The position numbers and the translations under genes were made by a program. From a virus, in IMG/VR virus record IMGVR_UViG_3300035034_001213, positions 9,034 through 73,033 of that record: 64,000 nt of DNA. One strand, given 5' to 3'. The notes under the pieces are model-generated. The model did no database searches. It saw nothing but the letters and a program-made list of their open reading frames with translations, and was not told the origin of the DNA. The first letter of the stretch is position 1. Every line of letters begins with the position of its first letter. Positions 38,372 through 47,324 of the stretch are shown piece after piece.

Positions 38372-38842
38372 TCAACTCGCCGGTGACGTACTGCAAAGTC
38401 CGGGAAACGATAACGTTTCCCATAACGCAGTTAAGGTGAGTTCCGACTCCGTCCACGCAATGACCGACCCAGCCTTGCTAAGCGCCGAAGCTATAAGCGC
38501 CGGACTCGACCACTCGTTACGTACCTCACCTTGGTAAAGGACGCTTTGAGGCAGATTGGTCTCTGGCTTTGAAAGCTGCTGTTGCAAGAACTTTCTTAGG
38601 GCACTCGTGTCGAGTACCCTTGTCATGGTGACGGCTCGGTCTGGATACCGTGAATCAAAATTATCCAGGGTCATGAACATCACCCCAGCTTTCGAATCGA
38701 TCATGCACACTCGGTCGTTTAACTGAATGGCCACACGATCGCCTGGGCGGTTCGTTAGGGTGCGGCGAATCTTAGCCAACCACCCAAAATCACTGATGAA
38801 CCACACTTTGACCCAAGTCTGTTTTCTACCCTTCTTTGTCAT
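38372..38842 (-). CDS. Hypothetical protein, possibly an inactive permuted papain-like (YiiX/YaeF) fold
   Basis: Start moved to ATG 38842. Layout resembles permuted NlpC/P60, but the expected His and Cys read DRVAI and WSSPALI. Confidence 0.45.
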   Translation of the reverse strand: MTKKGRKQTWVKVWFISDFGWLAKIRRTLTNRPGDRVAIQLNDRVCMIDSKAGVMFMTLDNFDSRYPDRAVTMTRVLDTSALRKFLQQQLSKPETNLPQSVLYQGEVRNEWSSPALIASALSKAGSVIAWTESELTLTALWETLSFPGLCSTSPAS

Positions 38843-39077
38843 CGATTTTCTTCCCTGACCACTTCTCATAGATGTCCTTGACCGCCTCAACGTCCTTAGT
38901 GTTGTTGAATGCGTTACCGATGAGCTTAACGATTTTGTCGTCGATTTCGTTGTCGGTCTTAGCAGCCATCTTAACCAAAAGAGAAACGATGATCTGCTTA
39001 ACGGCCTTGTTGCCAAGAAGACTCACGATAACAACGCCAATTTTACCGAGGATGCTGTCTTTCTGTTGTTCGCTCAT
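38826..39077 (-). CDS. Small amphipathic or membrane protein
   Basis: AGGAG RBS; hydrophobic IGVVIVSLLG segment and a KTDNEIDD motif. Confidence 0.65.
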   Translation of the reverse strand: MSEQQKDSILGKIGVVIVSLLGNKAVKQIIVSLLVKMAAKTDNEIDDKIVKLIGNAFNNTKDVEAVKDIYEKWSGKKIDDKEG

Positions 39078-39148
39078 TGCTTAGCTCCTGTTTTTCGAAA
39101 AAAGAAATACTGTCATATCATTTCCAAGGTTTGGGGACTACCACAGAC

Positions 39149-40024
39149 CTAAGGGGTAAGTGTGGGTAATTGGGAAGGATTGATGTCGCTGTTCAGAGCA
39201 AAGTCAGACACTGCGTTCTCATCAATCGCTCTGGATAGATCCCACGTGCTGAGGTCGTCTGTCATACCGGTACTGTTGGCAAAGAATGAGTTTGCATTAG
39301 CGATGTTGGTGGTCGTCCAATGCGCCAGCCGCAAGGGTTCAACCAATGACGTCCCACGGAACATATTCGAGGCATCGGAAGCGGTTCTGAAATGAGGCTC
39401 GTCTGTGGCCGTGACGCTGAAGTTTCTCTTGGCGTCGAACGCGTTGGCCCAATTGTCCATAATGAACTCAGCACCCCACGCCTCGATATCCACCAACCAA
39501 TCTCGGTCGTCTATCAAGCTGCCGCTGGAGTCGTAAGAGCCTTCGGCAGTGCCTGTGACTCGAACTCGGTAACTCCCAGGCTCCTCGTACGTGTGTGAGG
39601 GTTTGGCGCCATTAACGAAATCCTCCATGCTACCGTCGCCCCACTTGATCGTACCGGTGAAGTTAATAAAGCTTAACTCCACAGTAGCGTTCTCAGCATC
39701 GACCTTATCGGTCTTCACCAGCCAGACCATTGGATTGCCCAAGATACCGGTCATCAAAATAGCGGCAATCTCACTGCGTCTCAACTCGCCCATCAATTCT
39801 GGGTTTGAGAAGAACTCGTCGGTGAACATCGATGGGTTGTCCCGTTTAGCTTGAAGTACTACCCACGCAAAAGCATCGCCTTCGTTTTGCGCTAAGGATA
39901 GAGCCGAATCAAGATTCGCTCGAGTAATAAGACCGTCAGCAAAATCGAGAACGGCCTGCTTGTAGGCATCGATCGCTGAGTTCATCTCGGTACATTTAAC
40001 GTTTACATCTGCCAGCGTTGCCAT
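39149..40024 (-). CDS. Putative virion surface protein: PKD/Ig-like domain plus DUF285/BspA-like repeats
   Basis: IKWGDGS..SHTYEEPGSYRVRVTG (PKD); NMFRG..LAHWTTTNI..DDLSTWDLS (DUF285-like). Confidence 0.7.
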   Translation of the reverse strand: MATLADVNVKCTEMNSAIDAYKQAVLDFADGLITRANLDSALSLAQNEGDAFAWVVLQAKRDNPSMFTDEFFSNPELMGELRRSEIAAILMTGILGNPMVWLVKTDKVDAENATVELSFINFTGTIKWGDGSMEDFVNGAKPSHTYEEPGSYRVRVTGTAEGSYDSSGSLIDDRDWLVDIEAWGAEFIMDNWANAFDAKRNFSVTATDEPHFRTASDASNMFRGTSLVEPLRLAHWTTTNIANANSFFANSTGMTDDLSTWDLSRAIDENAVSDFALNSDINPSQLPTLTP

Positions 40025-40065
40025 CGGGTTACCTTAATAAAGACGTGGATTCATAAAATGGGAAT

Positions 40066-40097
40066 AAGAGGAGGCCCGAAGGCCTCCTCTATTTTTT
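40066..40097 (-). terminator. Hairpin terminator after the desaturase array
   Basis: AGAGGAGGCC-CGAA-GGCCTCCTCT; on the minus strand the loop is TTCG. Confidence 0.75.
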
Positions 40098-40901
40098 CGT
40101 CGCGGCTTTCAAAACATCGCTCAAATCGCAGGCGTCGTGGCCACGTCTAGGTTTCTTTATCAACCAAATTACCCAAGCGGCTGGATCGATCTCCCACCAT
40201 TTTATTTGCGTGTTCCAACGAGTTGGATACATGTGATGGTTGTTGTGCAGTCCATCGCCTAAAGTCATTACGTGCATAAACCAACTGTTTCTACTTTCAT
40301 CGGTTGTGTCGTAGTTACGGTACCCCCACTGATGTCCAGCAACATTGAACAGTCCTTTCAGATGAAACATACACGCAGCCGGAATGCAGTATGCGTAAGC
40401 TGCGATCTTCCAATCAATCAAAGTCAGGACAAGGCTGAACATCAATAGAATAGGTACGTAGTATTTATGCGTAAACTTGAAGAAGGGGTCTTTCAGTTCT
40501 TTCTTGATCAACCTGAGTTCAAGGTGCGGTACGTAATCGGTCCAGTCGCTGAACCACGACGTTAAAACCCCTCGACCAACAGGACTGTGAGGGTCCTTCT
40601 CAGTGTCTGTGTGCTTATGATGCGATCGATGGACCAACGTGTTGGTCAACGGTGAGGCGATGGTGCACAACATACCACAGAAGATTAGAAGATACCGAAT
40701 AGGTGCGTAGGTCTCAAACGAGTTGTGGGCAAGCATGCGGTGGTAGCCTATCGTGACTCCTAAGAATCCGTATGTTAAATAGGCGATCAACGAGACCTGA
40801 AGCCAAAACCACCAACCATTATACACTGCCGCAGAAATGAACGACAATGCTCCAATCTGCAACGCGAGCTGCAAGTACTTCAGTTGTCGAACTTCAGACA
40901 T
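40089..40901 (-). CDS. Membrane fatty-acid desaturase, copy 5
   Basis: His boxes HRMLAH, HRSHH and HNNHH; WWEIDP. Confidence 0.92.
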   Translation of the reverse strand: MSEVRQLKYLQLALQIGALSFISAAVYNGWWFWLQVSLIAYLTYGFLGVTIGYHRMLAHNSFETYAPIRYLLIFCGMLCTIASPLTNTLVHRSHHKHTDTEKDPHSPVGRGVLTSWFSDWTDYVPHLELRLIKKELKDPFFKFTHKYYVPILLMFSLVLTLIDWKIAAYAYCIPAACMFHLKGLFNVAGHQWGYRNYDTTDESRNSWFMHVMTLGDGLHNNHHMYPTRWNTQIKWWEIDPAAWVIWLIKKPRRGHDACDLSDVLKAATKK

Positions 40902-40913
40902 TAGTCTTCTCCA

Positions 40914-41672
40914 CTATGTCGGTTTTTTGATAAGCCAGATTATCCAAGCCGCTGGGTCTAGTTCCCACCAGCGAATTTGAGTGTTCCAACGACCGGGGTA
41001 TTTATGGTGGTTGTTGTGCCACCCGTCGCCGAACGACAATATGTGCATTGGCCAACAGTTGCGACTATCCTCGTCAGTATCAAACGATCGATACCCCCAG
41101 GAGTGACCGAAGACGTTTGAAAACCCTTTGTAATGATAAAAGAACAAAGCCGGTACGCAGTACAAGTACACAGCTACTTTCCAATCAACCAATGCCAGCA
41201 TTACCACAAACAACAATAAGATTGTAGCGTAATGTTGATGCGTGAACTTAAAGAAGGGGTCTTTCAACTCCTTTCTAGCGGTTCGAAGATCTAACTTCAA
41301 ATCAATGCCCATCCAGTCTCCAAACCAAGTTCCTTTGTATCCCATTACGCTTGGACTGTGTGGGTCCCTAGCTCGGTCTGTGTGTTTGTGATGCGATCGG
41401 TGAACCAGTACGCCAGTCAACGGTGAGGATACCGAACACAGCATTCCACAGAAGATCAGCAGATACCGAATGGGAGCGTAGGTCTCAAACGAGTTGTGGG
41501 CAAGCATGCGGTGGTAGCCTATCGTCGTTCCAAGAACACCCACAACAAAATACACCAATAGTGCCCAACCAAACCACGACCACATCTCTTGATAGATCCC
41601 ATAAGGAATGGCCACAATCGCAATCGCGTGTGTGGCGATTTGAAAATATTTCAATTTGGTTGACGGTTGCAT
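40914..41672 (-). CDS. Membrane fatty-acid desaturase, copy 4
   Basis: His boxes HRMLAH, HRSHH and HNNHH; start ATG 41672 overlaps the upstream stop. Confidence 0.92.
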   Translation of the reverse strand: MQPSTKLKYFQIATHAIAIVAIPYGIYQEMWSWFGWALLVYFVVGVLGTTIGYHRMLAHNSFETYAPIRYLLIFCGMLCSVSSPLTGVLVHRSHHKHTDRARDPHSPSVMGYKGTWFGDWMGIDLKLDLRTARKELKDPFFKFTHQHYATILLLFVVMLALVDWKVAVYLYCVPALFFYHYKGFSNVFGHSWGYRSFDTDEDSRNCWPMHILSFGDGWHNNHHKYPGRWNTQIRWWELDPAAWIIWLIKKPT

Positions 41673-42430
41673 TAGTACCTCGGTTTCTTTATCAAACGGA
41701 TAACGACGGTTGGAATATCGACTTCCCACCAACGATCCCAGTTGTTCCAGTCGTTAGGGCGTGCATGATGATTGTTGTGAAATCCTTCACCGCCTAATAA
41801 CCAAGACACTAGCAACGAGTTGACTGACGCATCGTCCGTATCGTAGTTTCGATAGCCCGACGTATGGATCCACGCGTTTGCAAAACCAAAGAGGATTCTT
41901 AGTAATGCAATCGGTAGTGCATACGCAAACAAAAACAAACGCCAATCGATGACTAACAGCAACGCTACCCAACTGTAGATGATCTTAAAGTACTGGCGGT
42001 GAAAGAACAACATGTCTGGATCTCGAGTCAGATCCCGTATCGAACGAGGCGAACACTTCGACGTATCCATACCGATCGAGAACCAGGCTCTGAAGAACCC
42101 CATTGTCTTAGGACTGTGTGGATCTCCAGGTTTATCTGGGTACATGTGATGGGTTCTGTGTACCATGGCCCAAGTGACTGGTGAACCAAGACACATCAAT
42201 GTACCACAGAACAGTAGAAACCACCGAACCGGAGTGTACGTAACAAAGCTGCGGTGCGATACGTATCGATGAAAGCCAACCGCGTTACCAAAGACGCTGA
42301 GAGTCAAGTAAACTCCCAACGTCCACCACAGCCAATGCCATTGCTGACTGTGGATTAGGTAAGTAACCGCGACTATTCCAAAGACCGCATTGAACATCGT
42401 CAGTATGTTCGACTTGCGAGCTTCAGTCAT
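41672..42430 (-). CDS. Membrane fatty-acid desaturase, copy 3
   Basis: His boxes HRYVSH, HRTHH and GEGFHNNHH; GGAG RBS before ATG 42430. Confidence 0.92.
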   Translation of the reverse strand: MTEARKSNILTMFNAVFGIVAVTYLIHSQQWHWLWWTLGVYLTLSVFGNAVGFHRYVSHRSFVTYTPVRWFLLFCGTLMCLGSPVTWAMVHRTHHMYPDKPGDPHSPKTMGFFRAWFSIGMDTSKCSPRSIRDLTRDPDMLFFHRQYFKIIYSWVALLLVIDWRLFLFAYALPIALLRILFGFANAWIHTSGYRNYDTDDASVNSLLVSWLLGGEGFHNNHHARPNDWNNWDRWWEVDIPTVVIRLIKKPRY

Positions 42431-42440
42431 AGAGGTTCTC

Positions 42441-43238
42441 CTAGGCGGTTCTGTGTTTGGGCAAAGGATGACCACGATGATGAATCAACTTAATGACCTG
42501 AGCCGGAATGTCCCATTCCCACCAACGTTCACGTGTATTCCACCGCGACGGATGCGCGTGATGATTGTTATGCCAACCTTCACCCATGGTCATGACGTTA
42601 GCGATCCAACTGTTCAAGCTGGTGTCGCCTTCCAACTGATGGTTACGATACCCATGAAGATGTGGGATGACCACGATACCGCTGGCGCTGTGTAATGACA
42701 ACACGGCCGGTAAAGCGTAGACGAAAGCTACCCCTTGCCAACCCAAGGTCAGGAACAGCAAGAGCGTCCAACCTGCCAACACATGGAAGTAGTAGTTATG
42801 CGTCCAGATGTATAAGGGATCCCGTCTCATCGTCTTCGAGACTCGACCAGCTTGTCGAAATCCTGAAGTATTCCAAGCACCGAACCATGCTTTCAATGGT
42901 CCTATGGCGTGTGGACTGTGCGGGTCGTGTTCACCATCCGTGTGAATGTGGTGGATGCGATGCACAATGGACCAGGCCATCGGAGAACCCACGGTAGTGA
43001 TGATGCCACAGAACATCAAAACGTATTCAACCGGTCGGTATGTCTTAAACGCCCCGTGCGCTAAGAAACGATGAAACCCAACATTGATTCCTAGGATACC
43101 GATTACCCAATAGGTCAACCATGCGGTCAACAACCACATCCATTCACCCATGTAGATCGCCCAGCCCACTGCAGGAATGGCAATTAGATGCGTGACTACT
43201 TGGAGCAGTCGTACACCGTTGTTGTGTGTCAATTTCAT
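42441..43238 (-). CDS. Membrane fatty-acid desaturase, copy 2
   Basis: His boxes HRFLAH, HRIHH and GEGWHNNHH. Confidence 0.92.
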   Translation of the reverse strand: MKLTHNNGVRLLQVVTHLIAIPAVGWAIYMGEWMWLLTAWLTYWVIGILGINVGFHRFLAHGAFKTYRPVEYVLMFCGIITTVGSPMAWSIVHRIHHIHTDGEHDPHSPHAIGPLKAWFGAWNTSGFRQAGRVSKTMRRDPLYIWTHNYYFHVLAGWTLLLFLTLGWQGVAFVYALPAVLSLHSASGIVVIPHLHGYRNHQLEGDTSLNSWIANVMTMGEGWHNNHHAHPSRWNTRERWWEWDIPAQVIKLIHHRGHPLPKHRTA

Positions 43239-43240
43239 TA

Positions 43241-44002
43241 CTACCCTCTCTTCTTGATAAGTCGAATAAACATTGCGGTAGGATCAAGTTCCCACCATCT
43301 ATGTTGAAGATTCCATTGACTGGGAAACGTGTGATGGTTGTTGTGCCACCCTTCGCCAACCGATAAGATGTTGCAAAGCCAGCTGTTCTTTGAATGATCG
43401 TTATCTGGGTAGTTTTGATACCCCCAAGAATGACTCATAATCGATAGACAGAAGCCTACTACGAACGAATGCAGCGCCGCTGGAACGATGTACACGGCCA
43501 GAAGCCACTCAGGCCCTCCGAACAATAACAGTCCAAGACCATAAAGCGCATTCAATAAAAAATAATGCGTGTGAACCCAAAACATGATCGGATCACGAAC
43601 CACGTCTCTGACGGAAACCCGCCGGTCTTGCATGTCGACGTATTTCAAACACAGAAGCGCTTTCCAGAAACCCATGTGACGATGACAATGTGGGTCCTTA
43701 GGCGTCTCGGTATAACGATGATGAACTCGATGCATCCAGGCCCAACTGATGGGAGTTCCCATCGCCAAAGGCACACTCATCAACGCCATGATCAATTCAA
43801 TGGGTCGGTACGTCTTGTAGCTTCGATGCGAAACGTATCGATGCATGTACGCGTTGAACCCAATGCATTGTTGAACACAATAGACACCGAGGGTTACCCA
43901 GAGCAACTCAGGGAAGGCCACCGCCAAGTAGATAACACTTGGAATAAACGCTAACCATAACCCGTTTCTAAAGACGTTCAATCGTTGTACGCTATACTCC
44001 AT
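43241..44002 (-). CDS. Membrane fatty-acid desaturase, copy 1
   Basis: His boxes HRYVSH, HRVHH and GEGWHNNHH. Confidence 0.92.
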   Translation of the reverse strand: MEYSVQRLNVFRNGLWLAFIPSVIYLAVAFPELLWVTLGVYCVQQCIGFNAYMHRYVSHRSYKTYRPIELIMALMSVPLAMGTPISWAWMHRVHHRYTETPKDPHCHRHMGFWKALLCLKYVDMQDRRVSVRDVVRDPIMFWVHTHYFLLNALYGLGLLLFGGPEWLLAVYIVPAALHSFVVGFCLSIMSHSWGYQNYPDNDHSKNSWLCNILSVGEGWHNNHHTFPSQWNLQHRWWELDPTAMFIRLIKKRG

Positions 44003-45188
44003 ATCTGGTGACTCCTAAAACACTGTTCAATCCACCAAAGCCAAATGCGTTCTTGATAAACGAATTGACTGGACCAGTAACTTGGTGTTTGGGAAGGTTA
44101 ATCGGTTTTATGTCGGGGTCAGCTTCGAATTTACCGTTTGAGATGATAAACTCATACTTCATTTGATACAAGCTGTAGATCAACTCAATAATGCCAGACG
44201 CCGTGAGGGTGTGACCAATCAAACGTTTAAACGCAACGACTGGAATCTCATTGCCAATCACGTTTGAGATTGCTTCTGCTTCAACGACATCGCCATTAGG
44301 GGTTGAGGTCGCGTGTGCTGAGATGAAATCCGGACGGTGTCCCAACATAGCCATCTTACCTAAAACCTCAGACATGGACGCTGAGGCCCCCTCACCGGAA
44401 GGGTTCGTCATGTCTTCGCCGTCTGAATAATCAGCGTAGGCTATAGGCTGACCATACGCTTTAGTACCACCACGTTGACGGAAGTATTCTTCCGATTCGA
44501 GAATAACACACCCGCCACCTTCACCATGTGTAAACCCACCACGATGTTTGACAAACGGCACACTGGCGTACGCTAGGTCGTCGCCTCGATAGAGTGCTCT
44601 CATGGCATCAAAGCCACGCATACCCTCATCGATGTATTTTTCAGTACTTACACAAATAACCACATCTGCACGACCAAGTTCGATCAGATCCATACCTTGG
44701 GTCACCGCGCGTAGTCCTGTAGCACACGCGTGTTGCACTGTGTGCGTTGGGCCTTTCAACTTAAGAACGGTAGAGAGAGGTCCAGTTACAACCGTCGGAA
44801 GAGTCTTCATGAGATCAAACGGTTTGACCCGTGGGAAGTCCTTCTGAACAATACTACGCATGGAAGGCATGTCGCCAGCACCGCTGCCTGAGCACAAGGC
44901 TACTCGTCGAGTATTTATGTCGTCTAAACACAACCCCGCGTCCGCTAATGCGTCTAGTACTACTGCGTAGGAGATGTTTAAATGATCCATTTGATAACTA
45001 CGAGGAATCCCGGGCGCCAGTAACCGTGAGTCGTCAATGCATTTGGAAACACTGCTCGCCTTGTTCCTGGGATCGTTACTTTCGTACCGTTGGATCGAAA
45101 CTGTCTCTTGTTTCAGATTGCCAACAATTTCTCCCTCCCAACGTCCAATTGAGGTAATACACCCCACACCCGTTATTACACAACTCAT
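43992..45188 (-). CDS. Beta-ketoacyl-ACP synthase (FabB/FabF-type ketosynthase)
   Basis: VITGVGCITSIG, catalytic HAC(ATG), GEGGG, SAHATST, KRLIGHT and NAFGFGG; the Cys-His-His triad is intact. Confidence 0.92.
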   Translation of the reverse strand: MSCVITGVGCITSIGRWEGEIVGNLKQETVSIQRYESNDPRNKASSVSKCIDDSRLLAPGIPRSYQMDHLNISYAVVLDALADAGLCLDDINTRRVALCSGSGAGDMPSMRSIVQKDFPRVKPFDLMKTLPTVVTGPLSTVLKLKGPTHTVQHACATGLRAVTQGMDLIELGRADVVICVSTEKYIDEGMRGFDAMRALYRGDDLAYASVPFVKHRGGFTHGEGGGCVILESEEYFRQRGGTKAYGQPIAYADYSDGEDMTNPSGEGASASMSEVLGKMAMLGHRPDFISAHATSTPNGDVVEAEAISNVIGNEIPVVAFKRLIGHTLTASGIIELIYSLYQMKYEFIISNGKFEADPDIKPINLPKHQVTGPVNSFIKNAFGFGGLNSVLGVTRYGV

Positions 45189-45245
45189 ACCGATGTCCTA
45201 TCTCAAGATGAGGTGTCTCCGATGAAACACCCATCGATTGGTTTA

Positions 45246-45773
45246 CTAGATGTACTCGATCTCGATAGCCCCGACCTGCGCGCCATTGGACCCAGCATTG
45301 ATCGTAACCGGTGTACCGCTTAGGGTAATGATTTCAACACCCACAACCGGCTGGCCATCGATATCGATATCACCCTCGGCTACAGAGAGAAATCCCAATA
45401 TCGACAGAGTCGTAGATTCGTTGGGACCGAGGATTAGGCGATGCGGTGCCAGCTGTCGATGGTTGGTGTTAAACGTATCTAGACAATACCCAACGGTTCC
45501 GTCTTCCTGAATGGTCATTCGACTCCAATGTGCATTGTGGGTTGTTTGGAAAGGGGTCGATGAGGTGATCAAGTCTTCTCTGAACGTGTTTGTCTTTAAA
45601 ATACTACCAGAGACTATGAACCGACAGTCGTTCGTGGGGACGTAGTCATCAGCTTCCACTTCTACGTGAGTCGGCTGTTCACCGAAAATAATAGATTCCC
45701 CAGTGTCGCCAATAAAGAAAGCAACCGCCACATCACCATCTGGCAGTTTTAAACGATTTAGACGCGTTCTCAT
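45246..45773 (-). CDS. Hypothetical beta-rich protein (possibly cupin-like)
   Basis: 175 aa, beta-strand-like pattern, inside the cluster. Confidence 0.6.
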   Translation of the reverse strand: MRTRLNRLKLPDGDVAVAFFIGDTGESIIFGEQPTHVEVEADDYVPTNDCRFIVSGSILKTNTFREDLITSSTPFQTTHNAHWSRMTIQEDGTVGYCLDTFNTNHRQLAPHRLILGPNESTTLSILGFLSVAEGDIDIDGQPVVGVEIITLSGTPVTINAGSNGAQVGAIEIEYI

Positions 45774-45783
45774 TATAACCCCT

Positions 45784-46338
45784 TCATTCTTTTAAATAAA
45801 CATCAATAGGTATCGCAAGTCTAAGTCCAGGCTCGTGATTCTCAACGCTGTGCTGTAAGTACGATGGAAAGATAACCAGACCGCCGTGTTCGGTTTTGTA
45901 TTTGTACGGCTGAAAGTGATTGTTGATCACATCCGTTGGGTATCCTCGAGACGCCAGTCCTCTTGGGTCAAACAAAGTTAAATACCCTTCCCTTGCCTCC
46001 AAGTAATAAATTGCAGAAACGTGGGCACCGCTGTGGTGGTGGATTGGTGTCCCGCACCCGTCGCTGCTGTTTCTTACCCAGCCAGTCCAGCTGTCTAGTA
46101 AAGGTTCGTAATTAAACTGATCCCAGGCGTACTGCATGATCTTGGGGATCAAGGTCTCCTCTACAAACTCTTTCAGGTTCGGGTACTGTCTTAGATGCAA
46201 ACTTCTGGTGTCGTCGATTGGAAGTCCGTCGGTACTCCTCGGTTGCATCATCGCTTCGTAAATCAACGTTTCGTGCTGTTTAGAGACGACCGAATCTTCA
46301 CGTATCGCGACAGTCCATGGATGAACGTCAATTGTCAT
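45784..46338 (-). CDS. 2OG-Fe(II) oxygenase (TIGR02466/PF13759-like)
   Basis: HHHSGAHVSAIYY, FDPRG, VIFPSYLQHSV and RLAI. Confidence 0.85.
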   Translation of the reverse strand: MTIDVHPWTVAIREDSVVSKQHETLIYEAMMQPRSTDGLPIDDTRSLHLRQYPNLKEFVEETLIPKIMQYAWDQFNYEPLLDSWTGWVRNSSDGCGTPIHHHSGAHVSAIYYLEAREGYLTLFDPRGLASRGYPTDVINNHFQPYKYKTEHGGLVIFPSYLQHSVENHEPGLRLAIPIDVYLKE

Positions 46339-46347
46339 GGAATATCC

Positions 46348-46914
46348 TTACTTAGGTTTACTCAAGTACAAATCGACTGGAATAGAAATTCTCATCTTTT
46401 TATCATGTCCGTCAACGTAGTGTTGAAGATACGACGGGAATACAAGAAGCAATCCTTCTTTTGGATCTTCGCTGAACAAATTAAAAAATTCATTCCGAAC
46501 CACCGTCGGGTATCCTCGGCACGCAGACCCTCGGGGGTCGACCAGATTGAGTGCGCCGCCATTGGTAGTTAATGGATAGTAGATCGCTGACAGAACGGCC
46601 CCACTGTGTTCGTGAAGTTTCATACCTTCGCCACCGGTCGTTACTCGGACCCAAGCGTTGTATGTGTACTCCACGGCTTCTAATTCCCAGTGCTCGTAAA
46701 GATACGACAGCAGCGCTGGGAGAACTCGATCTTCAAGCATCCGATGGATCTGTGGAAACGTCTTTAATGAAACGGTGTTGTCATCCAGATCCAGATCGTC
46801 GAAGTTTCGGTTTGTAGACCGTATCAGCGCTTCGGTTATCAATTCGTCGTTGTCTACGTTTTCGAGTATCTCCCGACGGACCACTGTCCGCCATGGTTCT
46901 ATATCTTGAAACAT
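46348..46914 (-). CDS. 2OG-Fe(II) oxygenase (TIGR02466/PF13759-like), paralog
   Basis: HEHSGAVLSAIYY, VDPRG, VFPSYLQHYV and RISI; GGAGG RBS before ATG 46914. Confidence 0.85.
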   Translation of the reverse strand: MFQDIEPWRTVVRREILENVDNDELITEALIRSTNRNFDDLDLDDNTVSLKTFPQIHRMLEDRVLPALLSYLYEHWELEAVEYTYNAWVRVTTGGEGMKLHEHSGAVLSAIYYPLTTNGGALNLVDPRGSACRGYPTVVRNEFFNLFSEDPKEGLLLVFPSYLQHYVDGHDKKMRISIPVDLYLSKPK

Positions 46915-47324
46915 GCGGCCTCCGCCATACACTCGTCTTTGAAATATTGGACCGTGAAATCCACCCACCGACCTTTTAGGGGAATGTTCTCAATGCCCCC
47001 TAAGGCCTCCAATATGATGTCGTACGATTCCTTGTCTTGGGTGTAGGGTACAAAGTATTCATCAGTTCCGTATAAAAGCATGGGGTCGTTTAAGACCTCA
47101 TAGAACGGTTCGTTGAAGTGTTCCCAAAGTAACCGAGAATAAATCAAAGCAACCGCGTATGACTTTCCTGGATAAACCGATTCTTCCCGAGGGTCTAACA
47201 AATACTCCAAAGCCGGACCTACGACGTCTTCTCGATCAATGATCGTCTCAAAGTTTTCGACAGCGTCGGTGTGGACTTGGGTCATAAGGTGATATAGCTT
47301 CTGATTGGCTTTCCATTCTTTCAT
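46899..47324 (-). CDS. Hypothetical protein in the radical SAM cluster
   Basis: 141 aa, translationally coupled on both sides. Confidence 0.7.
   Translation of the reverse strand: MKEWKANQKLYHLMTQVHTDAVENFETIIDREDVVGPALEYLLDPREESVYPGKSYAVALIYSRLLWEHFNEPFYEVLNDPMLLYGTDEYFVPYTQDKESYDIILEALGGIENIPLKGRWVDFTVQYFKDECMAEAACFKI

Noticed and set aside
38843-39016. N-terminal extension of the 214-aa ORF
   Set aside because: It overlaps the 83-aa gene, which has a good RBS; the likely start is ATG 38842.
40089-45188. Calling the block a canonical polyyne cluster
   Set aside because: Fatty acyl-AMP ligase, ACP, thioesterase and adjacent rubredoxin are absent, and the enzymes look DesC/delta-9-like. 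Kept only as a hypothesis.
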